Below are positions 56,735 to 64,000 of a stretch of 64,000 nt of DNA, one piece after another. The notes beneath the pieces were generated by a model, which was given only the letters and a program-made list of their open reading frames with translations, did no database searches and was not told the DNA's origin. How positions within the stretch are numbered: position 1 is the first letter of the stretch; the number at the start of each line of letters is the position of its first letter. Source of the DNA: an uncultured Desulfatibacillum sp. (GTDB taxonomy: Bacteria > Desulfobacterota > Desulfobacteria > Desulfobacterales > SpSt-501); assembly GCA_964427375.1 (NCBI GenBank), contig CAYRUF010000020.1:563-64562 (forward strand). Direction: 5' to 3'. A program made the position numbers and the translations under genes.

Positions 56735-57946
56735 ATGTTCACGTACGTAGACAACGAGAAATCGGCCAGAATCAAAGTGATCGGAGTCGGCGGCGCCGGC
56801 GGCAACGCCATCAACAACATGATCCAGTCCGGTCTGCAGGGCGTCAAGTTCATCGCCGCCAACACCGACGCCCAGGCATTGGAGATCTCCCGGGCGGATG
56901 TCCGCATTCAGCTGGGCAGCAGCATCACCGAGGGGCTGGGCGCCGGCGCCAATCCCCAGATTGGACGGGATGCGGCGCTGGAAACCGCCGAGGACATCCG
57001 CAGCGCCCTGAAGGACAGCCACATGGTATTCATCACGGGCGGACTGGGGGGCGGGACCGGAACCGGCGCCACGCCGGTCATCGCCGAGATCTGCCGCGAG
57101 ATGGGGGCGCTGACCGTCGCCGTGGTGACCCGGCCGTTTTCTTTCGAAGGGAGAAAACGGGCGCTGATCGCCGAACAGGGCCTCGAGGAGCTCAAGAAGG
57201 TGGTCGATACCGCGATCACCATCCCCAACGACCGACTGCGGGCGCTGGCCTCCAAGAAGGCGACCCTCATGGAGATGTTCCTGAAGGCGGATGAGATCCT
57301 GCTGCATGCGGTCAAGGGCATCACGGATTTGATCGTGATGCCGGGGCTGGTCAACCTCGATTTCGCCGACGTCCGCACCACCATGTCCAAAGCCGGTATG
57401 GCCCTGATGGGGATCGGCATCTCGGCCGGCGAAAACCGCGCGATCGAGGCCGCCGAGCGCGCCATCTCGCACCCGCTTCTGGAGGACCTCTCCATCGCCG
57501 GCGCCAAAGGCGTGCTCATGAACATCACGGCCTCGAGCGGCATGGAATTCGAAGAGGTGGCCGAAGCGTCCGAACGCATCCACAAGGAAGTCGGTGACGA
57601 CGCCGAAATTTTCTGGGGAACGTCGGTGGACGAAAGCCTGGGCGACGAAATGCGGGTGACGGTCATTGCCACCGGCATCGGTCCCGAAGCCGAGGTGCTG
57701 CGCCCCGGCGAGAAGGACGCCGAAAAAGAGAAGAAGATCGTGCAGCCGCTGCGCGGAAAGGTCCGCGACGTCACCCCGGCCGACGCGGAGCGCCCGGACA
57801 TCGTCGATCTGGATGAGCCGACCTTCATCCGCCACCGCCGGGCGGTCGGCGAGTCCTCCGGAGCGCTATACCGCGGGGTGGGACGTCTGGCGCTGGACGA
57901 CACGGATCTCGATGTGCCGACCTTTCTGCGGCGCAAGGCGGACTGA
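56735..57946 (+). CDS. ftsZ: cell division GTPase FtsZ
   Basis: GVGGAGGNA, GGGTGTG tubulin motif, NLDFADV, C-terminal LDVPTFLRR. Confidence 0.97.
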   Translation: MFTYVDNEKSARIKVIGVGGAGGNAINNMIQSGLQGVKFIAANTDAQALEISRADVRIQLGSSITEGLGAGANPQIGRDAALETAEDIRSALKDSHMVFITGGLGGGTGTGATPVIAEICREMGALTVAVVTRPFSFEGRKRALIAEQGLEELKKVVDTAITIPNDRLRALASKKATLMEMFLKADEILLHAVKGITDLIVMPGLVNLDFADVRTTMSKAGMALMGIGISAGENRAIEAAERAISHPLLEDLSIAGAKGVLMNITASSGMEFEEVAEASERIHKEVGDDAEIFWGTSVDESLGDEMRVTVIATGIGPEAEVLRPGEKDAEKEKKIVQPLRGKVRDVTPADAERPDIVDLDEPTFIRHRRAVGESSGALYRGVGRLALDDTDLDVPTFLRRKAD

Positions 57947-58058
57947 GGCCTCTGCGGCCTAGCCCCCGGTCCGGTCCGGTTGTCAAGGGGCTTGGGCGGT
58001 TTTATTATGGATGAGCCGGCCCCTTGCCGGATAGGGCAACGACACCGGACGGGAACCC

Positions 58059-59786
58059 GTGAGACCAGAGGACGCCTGGAAGCGGTATGCGGCCGCCGAA
58101 GACGGAGCGGTCCGCAAGCACGCGCGCGGAAGAATCCGCATCGCATTGGCTTACCCCAACCGCTATTCCGTGGGCATGGCGAACCTGGGGCTGCACGCCG
58201 TCTATGGGCTTCTCAACCGCTATGACGACGTGGTCTGTGAACGGGTGTTCCTGCCCGAAAACGAGGACCTCGCGGCCGGACGCCTGACGACGTTCGAATC
58301 CGGGCTGCCGGTCGCCGCGGTGGACCTGATCGCCTGCTCCATTTCGTTTGAAAGCGACTACTCCCACCTGCTGACCCTCCTCCAGCTGGCCGGGATGCCT
58401 CTGCCGGCCGCGCACCGAGACGAGCGCCACCCTTTAGTGATCGCCGGCGGAATCGCCTGTTTCCTGAACCCCGAACCCATCGCCGCATTTGTCGACGCCT
58501 TTCTGATCGGAGAGGCCGAGGCGATTCTGCCTCAATTCCTGCAGGTGTTCCAGCCGGGCGCCGAGCGCCGCACGATGTTGAAGACGATCGCCCGCTCGGT
58601 CCCCGGCGCCTACGTGCCGCGCTTCTACGACGTGCGCTACGCCGCCGACGGAACCCTGAGCGCCTGGACCCCGACCGAAGAGGTCCCGTCCCGGATCGTG
58701 CGGCCGTGCGTCCCGGACCTGTCGGCGACCGCCACGTGCAGCACGGTGCTCACCCCCCACACCGCCCTGGGCGGCTCCCTGCTCGTCGAAGTCGGGCGAG
58801 GTTGCCCGCATGGCTGCCGCTTCTGCAGCGCGGGGTTCGTCTACCGGCCGCCGCGCTTCCGCACGGAGGCGTCCCTGGCGCAAACCATCGAACAGGGCCT
58901 GGCCCGCAGCCACCACATCGGCCTGGTGGGTGCGGCGGTCTCCGACCTGCCCGGCATCGCCTCGCTCTGCCGGCGGTTTTCCGGCCCGGACGTCACGCTC
59001 TCGTTCAGTTCGCTGCGGGCGGATGCGCTCCGCCCGGAGCTCCTGGACGCGCTCCGCCGCAGCCGGGTCAAAACCGCCACGATCGCTCCGGAGGCCGGCT
59101 CGGAGCGCTTGCGCCGCGTCATCAACAAGGGGATTCAAGAAGCGGACGTCCTCAATGCGGCCACGGCCCTGGTCGCCCACGGCATTCCGAACCTGAAGCT
59201 GTACTTCATGGTGGGGCTGCCGACCGAAACGAATGCGGATGTCGATGCGATTGTGGTTCTGGTCAAGCACATCAAGCACGCGTTTTTGAAATCCAGCCGA
59301 ACCCGCGGCGCCATCGGCACCCTGACGGTCAGCGTCAGTTCCTTTGTGCCGAAGCCCTTCACTCCGTTTCAGTGGGCGGCCATGGCCCCGACGGCCGAAC
59401 TCAAGGCCCGCATCAAGCGCATCCAGGCCGGACTGAAGCGCGTGCCCAACGTCCGGGTTCACTCCGATCTGCCGCGTTGGGCCTACATCCAAGCCCTGCT
59501 GGCGCGCGGTGACCGCCGGGTGGCCGACCTGCTGGTGCGGGCGGACGCGGCCGGGGGCAACTGGGCCCATGCGCTCAAAACCGGGCCGCTCAACCCGGAT
59601 TTCTACGTGCTCCGGGAGCGGGGGCCGGAAGAGATTCTGCCCTGGGACTTCATCGATCACCGCATCACCAAAGCCTACCTTCTGAACGATTACCGCCGAG
59701 CCCTGGAGGGCCGCCCGGGGACGGTCTGCCGGACGGAGTCCTGCCGGCGGTGCGGCGCCTGCGGCGAAGAATCCCTCGACACGTAG
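58059..59786 (+). CDS. radical SAM protein (TIGR03960-like, B12-binding-like N-terminus)
   Basis: YPNRYSVGMANLG, RGCPHGCRFC, TIAPEAGSERLR, LYFMVGLPTE, C-terminal CRRCGAC. Confidence 0.85.
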   Translation: MRPEDAWKRYAAAEDGAVRKHARGRIRIALAYPNRYSVGMANLGLHAVYGLLNRYDDVVCERVFLPENEDLAAGRLTTFESGLPVAAVDLIACSISFESDYSHLLTLLQLAGMPLPAAHRDERHPLVIAGGIACFLNPEPIAAFVDAFLIGEAEAILPQFLQVFQPGAERRTMLKTIARSVPGAYVPRFYDVRYAADGTLSAWTPTEEVPSRIVRPCVPDLSATATCSTVLTPHTALGGSLLVEVGRGCPHGCRFCSAGFVYRPPRFRTEASLAQTIEQGLARSHHIGLVGAAVSDLPGIASLCRRFSGPDVTLSFSSLRADALRPELLDALRRSRVKTATIAPEAGSERLRRVINKGIQEADVLNAATALVAHGIPNLKLYFMVGLPTETNADVDAIVVLVKHIKHAFLKSSRTRGAIGTLTVSVSSFVPKPFTPFQWAAMAPTAELKARIKRIQAGLKRVPNVRVHSDLPRWAYIQALLARGDRRVADLLVRADAAGGNWAHALKTGPLNPDFYVLRERGPEEILPWDFIDHRITKAYLLNDYRRALEGRPGTVCRTESCRRCGACGEESLDT

Positions 59787-59910
59787 GGCTTGCAATCCAC
59801 CGAGTGACCTGCTAAGGAAAGTTTCCGTCGCAAATCCGGAAACCGTCCCGCCGTGCGGCGTTCGCCACGTCCGCCCCGGCGGCGGCTTCAAAGCGGGAGA
59901 GCGGATCAAC

Positions 59911-62025
59911 ATGCTGGAAGGCATCTTTTTCATGACGGCGCTGGGTGCGGCCTGCAGCATCGTACTGGGCATCGCATCCCGCATTTTTTATGTCTACGAG
60001 GATCCGCGCATCGCCCAGGTGGAGGCGTGTTTCGCGGGGGCCAATTGCGGCGGATGCGGATTCGCCGGTTGCTCGGCGGCTGCGGCGGCCGTGGTCGGCG
60101 GCAAGGCCAAACCCAACGTGTGCGTCGTCGGCGGCATGGAATCCGCACAGAATGCGGCCGCCGTCATGGGCATGGAGGTCGGCTCGGTCGAACCGCCGAA
60201 ATCCTTCAACCCCTGCACCGGCGGCGATCGCGCCGAAAACAAGTTCCTATATATAGGGGTCGCCACCTGCCAGGCCGAAGCCGCGCTGTTCAGCGGCAAG
60301 CGGGTCTGCGAGGTCGGCTGCATCGGCCACGGCGACTGCGTGCGCGCCTGCCTGTTCAACGCCATCGCCATGGGGCCGGGCGGCTTCCCCGTCGTGGATG
60401 AGGAAAAGTGCGTGGGCTGCGGCGCCTGCGCCCGGGCCTGCCCCAAGAGCCTGCTCAAAATCAGCACCCCTTCCGAACGCCTGCTGCACTTCAACCAAGT
60501 CGGAGACTGCCTGGCGCCCTGCCGCCAGACGTGTCCGGCCGAGATCGACATTCCGCTCTATATTCATCAAATCCGCACCGGCGACTACGCCGGCGCGGTC
60601 AACACCATCCGCGAGCGCAACCCGCTGCTGCTCGCCTGCGGCCGGGTGTGCCCGCACCCCTGCGAGCTGAACTGCCGGCGCGGCGTCGCCGACGAGCCGG
60701 TCTCGATCAACCAGCTCAAGCGCTTCGCCGCCGATTACGAGATGACCTCCGGCAAGCGCCTGCCCATCCGGGTCGCGCCCGATACGGGCAAGCGAGTGGC
60801 GGTGGTCGGCGGCGGGCCGGCCGGGCTCACCTGCGCATACTTTTTGAGGCGGCTGGGCCACGGCGTCACCATCTTCGAAGCCATGCCCAAGCTCGGCGGC
60901 ATGCTGCGCTACGGCATCCCGGAATACCGTCTGCCGAAGCAGGTGCTGGACTGGGAGATCGAGAGCATCCTCAACCTGGGCGTCGAGGTCCGCACCGGGG
61001 TCCGTTTCGGATCGGACATCCAGCTCGACGGCCTCCGGGCGGACGGTTTTGATGCCGTTTTCGTGGGCGTCGGCGCCTGGAAAGACAGCAAGATGGCGGT
61101 GCCCGGCGAGGAGCTGCAAGGCTGCTACACCGGCATCGATTTCCTGGCCCGGCTCGCCTCCGGGGAGAAACTGAACATCCGACCGGTGGCTGCCGTCATC
61201 GGCGGGGGCAACACGGCGATCGACTGCACGCGCAACCTGCTGCGGCTGGGGGCCCGCAAGGTCTATCTGGTCTACCGCCGGACGCGCAAAGAGATGCCCG
61301 CCAACGAGGTCGAAGTCGAGGCGGCCGAGCACGAGGGCGTGGAGCTGATCTTCCTGAGCGCGCCGGTGCGCGTGGTGGGGGACGAGCACGGCCGCGTCAC
61401 CCACCTGGAGTACCTGCGCATGGAGCTGGGCGAGCCGGATGCCAGCGGCCGGCGCCGGCCCGTACCGGTGAAGGGCTCCGAAACGCTTCTGGCGACCGAC
61501 ATGGTGATCTCGGCCATCGGCCAAGCGCCGGATGTCTCCTTCGCGGCCAGCGCTCAACTGAAAACCACGCGGTGGAGCACCATCGAGTCTGACCCCGCCA
61601 CGCTTCAGACCAACATCCCCTTCTTGTTTGTCGCCGGTGATGTGGCCACGGGTCCATCTCTGGTCGTCGAGGCCATCGGCGGGGGACGGCGCGCGGCGCG
61701 CTCCATTCACCAGTTCGTCACCGGCCGCCCGGTGGAGGCCGAACCCAACGAGCTGCGCAAGAATCTGCTCACCGAAACCATTTTCGATCAGGTTCCCGGG
61801 GTGGTCCCGTTCCCGCGGGCGAAGATGGTGGAGCTGCCGGCCGCCGAGCGGATCCGCTCCTTTGACGAGGTCGACCAGGTGCTGACCGAAGCGGCCGCCC
61901 GGCGCGAGAGCGAACGATGCCTTTACTGCTGCCTGACCTGTTACAACCCGGACCCGACGGCACCGGGCGCCGCTCAAAATTCTGCAGCGGTTGCGGCCGC
62001 CGGCGGGCACACGCATGCCGCCTGA
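59911..62025 (+). CDS. rnfB: RnfB-like Fe-S membrane subunit fused to a GltD/NfnB-like FAD-NAD(P) oxidoreductase
   Basis: TM helix, GANCGGCGFAGC cluster, two ferredoxin motifs, then PCRQTCP/CGRVCPHPCE, GGGPAG, GGGNTAIDC..YRR. Confidence 0.85.
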   Translation: MLEGIFFMTALGAACSIVLGIASRIFYVYEDPRIAQVEACFAGANCGGCGFAGCSAAAAAVVGGKAKPNVCVVGGMESAQNAAAVMGMEVGSVEPPKSFNPCTGGDRAENKFLYIGVATCQAEAALFSGKRVCEVGCIGHGDCVRACLFNAIAMGPGGFPVVDEEKCVGCGACARACPKSLLKISTPSERLLHFNQVGDCLAPCRQTCPAEIDIPLYIHQIRTGDYAGAVNTIRERNPLLLACGRVCPHPCELNCRRGVADEPVSINQLKRFAADYEMTSGKRLPIRVAPDTGKRVAVVGGGPAGLTCAYFLRRLGHGVTIFEAMPKLGGMLRYGIPEYRLPKQVLDWEIESILNLGVEVRTGVRFGSDIQLDGLRADGFDAVFVGVGAWKDSKMAVPGEELQGCYTGIDFLARLASGEKLNIRPVAAVIGGGNTAIDCTRNLLRLGARKVYLVYRRTRKEMPANEVEVEAAEHEGVELIFLSAPVRVVGDEHGRVTHLEYLRMELGEPDASGRRRPVPVKGSETLLATDMVISAIGQAPDVSFAASAQLKTTRWSTIESDPATLQTNIPFLFVAGDVATGPSLVVEAIGGGRRAARSIHQFVTGRPVEAEPNELRKNLLTETIFDQVPGVVPFPRAKMVELPAAERIRSFDEVDQVLTEAAARRESERCLYCCLTCYNPDPTAPGAAQNSAAVAAAGGHTHAA

Positions 62026-62134
62026 TCTGCGGGTTGATGGAATGGCGGCGCCGATCCGCGCCCGGGGGAATCGACCCGCCGGCAGCTAACGATCAGGTCA
62101 TACTCATAGCTTGAGCACGGAAGGAGCATTGCCC

Positions 62135-62524
62135 ATGATGTTTTCGCGGAAAGAGCTGAACCTGGTTTACGTGGGAACCGCCATCCTGCTCTTCCTAGCC
62201 GTGGTGAGCTATGCGGCCTTTCCCAACCAGGCTCCGAAGCAGCCCTTGCGGATCGCGTTTCAAAGTGTGGCCGGCAAGGTCATGTTCGATCATGCCCGCC
62301 ATCGCTGGGAGGCGGGGTATAGCCTGGCCTGCGGGGAATGTCACCATACGCTGGCCCCCGATGAATACGACCAGGCCGGCTCCTGCACCGAATGCCACCC
62401 CGTAGAGGACAGCGACGATCCAATGCTCAAACGTTCGGACGCCATCCACCAGCAGTGCATCGGCTGCCATCGGGAGTACGGTGCGGGGCCGGTCGACTGC
62501 GCCCAATGTCATGTGATGCAATGA
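62135..62524 (+). CDS. tetraheme class III cytochrome c (c3-like), membrane-anchored
   Basis: Four CxxCH motifs (CGECH, CTECH, CIGCH, CAQCH), FDHARH, N-terminal hydrophobic segment. Confidence 0.9.
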   Translation: MMFSRKELNLVYVGTAILLFLAVVSYAAFPNQAPKQPLRIAFQSVAGKVMFDHARHRWEAGYSLACGECHHTLAPDEYDQAGSCTECHPVEDSDDPMLKRSDAIHQQCIGCHREYGAGPVDCAQCHVMQ

Positions 62525-62553
62525 TCCTGTGCCGCTCGAAGAGGGATTGACCG

Positions 62554-63843
62554 ATGACCATGTTGAGTTCGAAGGCGTTTTTGGGAATGGGACTGCCGCG
62601 CCTGGAATACGCCCCGGTGCCGCCGAGGGTCGACCGTCCCGAGTCCATCCGGCCGGCAGGACCCTTGGCCCTACTGCACCCGCGTCCGGCCGAGATCCGG
62701 GCGGTTCCGGCCGTCAAGATTGGCGCCGCCGTCAAAACCGGCCAGAAACTGTCGCTCTACGGCAATGGCGACTACGTCACCGCATCGGTCACCGGAACCG
62801 TGACGTCCCTGACGCCCTTCCCGGGCAGCTTCGGCCGGAACTACACCGCCGTCGGCATTGCCCCGGGGCCCGACGATCTTTTTGACGATGCGCTGGCGGC
62901 GGCGCAAGCGACACCGTCCCTTGCCGGCGCTCTGGAGTTTCTGGCTGCCTGCCCCGGTGCGCCCGGCCTGCAACGGCTGGCCGATCCGGAGCGGCCGATC
63001 AAAACGCTGGTCGTTTGCGGGGTCGATCAGGATCTGCTCGTGTTCACCCAGCAGTATATCCTCGGCACCCGCGGCCAGGACATTCAAAAGGGAATCCGCT
63101 TGCTGAAGCAGGTCGCCGGCATCGAAGAGGTGATCATCCTCACTCGCAGGGAAGCCGTCCAGGGATACGGCCATATCGTCGGCCGGGTGATGGGTGTGGA
63201 CCACCGCTACCCCTCGGCGCTGCCGCCGCTGGTGATGGCCGGCCTCTTCGGCCGCGTGGTGCCGGCCGGCCGGACCTGCGAAGACCTGGGGTTCTGCTTC
63301 ATGAGCGCCGAGGCGGTGGCCTCGATCGGAGCGGCCTTCAACACCGGCCGCATGCCGGTCACCAAGCTTCTGACCGTCATCCCCAAGGACGGCGCGGCCC
63401 GTCTCGCGGAGGCGCCCGTCGGTACGCCCGTCGGCGAGGTGCTGAACCGCTTCGGCATCTCTATCGACGCGGGGGACCGCATCGTGACCGGCGGCCCGAT
63501 GCGGGGAACCGCCGTGTTTTCACTCGATCACCCCGTGCAGCCCGACACCGACGGCCTCCTCGTTCTCAGCGCGGCGTCCGCGGCCAACGTCTCCGACTAT
63601 CCCTGTATCAACTGCGGTGAATGCGTCCGCGTCTGCCCGGCTCGCATGCAGATCAACCTGCTGGTGCGCTACCTGGAGGCCGGCAAGTACGAAGACGCCG
63701 AGGAATCCTACGATCTGCACGCCTGCGTCGAGTGCGGGCTCTGTAGCTTCGTCTGTGTTTCGAACATCCCGATCCTACAGTACATCATGCTCGCCAAGCA
63801 CGAACTGGCGCGCATGCGATCAACGGAGACTCATGATGGCTGA
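62554..63843 (+). CDS. rnfC: RnfC-like subunit (degenerate FMN/NADH motifs)
   Basis: VKIGAAVKTGQKL, VGTPVGEVL SLBB, GGPMRG, CINCGECVRVCP and CVECGLCSFVC. Confidence 0.82.
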   Translation: MTMLSSKAFLGMGLPRLEYAPVPPRVDRPESIRPAGPLALLHPRPAEIRAVPAVKIGAAVKTGQKLSLYGNGDYVTASVTGTVTSLTPFPGSFGRNYTAVGIAPGPDDLFDDALAAAQATPSLAGALEFLAACPGAPGLQRLADPERPIKTLVVCGVDQDLLVFTQQYILGTRGQDIQKGIRLLKQVAGIEEVIILTRREAVQGYGHIVGRVMGVDHRYPSALPPLVMAGLFGRVVPAGRTCEDLGFCFMSAEAVASIGAAFNTGRMPVTKLLTVIPKDGAARLAEAPVGTPVGEVLNRFGISIDAGDRIVTGGPMRGTAVFSLDHPVQPDTDGLLVLSAASAANVSDYPCINCGECVRVCPARMQINLLVRYLEAGKYEDAEESYDLHACVECGLCSFVCVSNIPILQYIMLAKHELARMRSTETHDG

Positions 63844-64000
63844 AAAACAAAAACTCGTCGTCTCCTTCGCGCCCTTCTGGCACAACGGCAGCCGGGTGAC
63901 CGACCGCAGCCGGCAGATCTTTCTCGCCGCATTGCCCGCCGCCCTTTTCGGCGTTTACCGGTTCGGCATCGGTGCTCTGGGCGTATTGGCGCTATCCGTG
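63836..64000 (+). CDS. rnfD: RnfD-like membrane subunit (3' partial)
   Basis: LVVSFAPFWHNG..IFLAALPAALFGVYRFG N-terminus, overlapping the rnfC stop. Confidence 0.8.
   Translation, partial: MAEKQKLVVSFAPFWHNGSRVTDRSRQIFLAALPAALFGVYRFGIGALGVLALSV

Noticed and set aside
1-64000. tRNA, rRNA, tmRNA, transposase or prophage genes
   Set aside because: No cloverleaf or T-loop signatures, rRNA motifs, DDE/HUH transposase or phage hallmark ORFs were recognised; tRNAscan/Infernal were not run.

Overview
High-GC bacterial chromosome segment; gene content (Rnf plus class III cytochrome c, dcw order, DksA, KamA cluster) suggests an anaerobic deltaproteobacterium, probably Desulfobacterales (inference). 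Left to right: DUF2318 Fe-S protein plus MacB-type ABC pair, TIM-barrel epimerase, archease-rtcB-usp, Zn/quinone oxidoreductase, acyl-CoA dehydrogenase, orphan khpA, E1a-E1b-E2-E3 2-oxoacid dehydrogenase operon, thioesterase, dodecin, prenyltransferase-like protein, MFS, hsp20-lon-rlpA-gmhB, DUF1178, SH3 protein, CorC, HU, Zn-ribbon peptide, dksA, PilZ, YitT, a kamA/ATP-grasp/ATP-grasp-GNAT operon, CBM48, a second inverted hsp20-lon, epmA, small unknown ORF, SGNH hydrolase, HEAT membrane protein plus CPBP protease, the dcw cluster mraZ to ftsZ, a radical SAM gene and the start of an atypical rnf operon. No tRNA, rRNA, CRISPR array or transposase was seen. The most striking unexplained structure is a three-copy ~295 bp MITE with 5-bp target duplications whose ~150 bp core sits between ~36 bp inverted repeats and occurs in both orientations. 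Other highlights: inverted heptamer arrays, the KamA-ligase-acetyltransferase pathway, an RnfB-GltD fusion beside an RnfC with eroded flavin/NADH motifs, and a small protein ending in a clamp-binding-like motif. All coordinates were read by eye; no searches were run.
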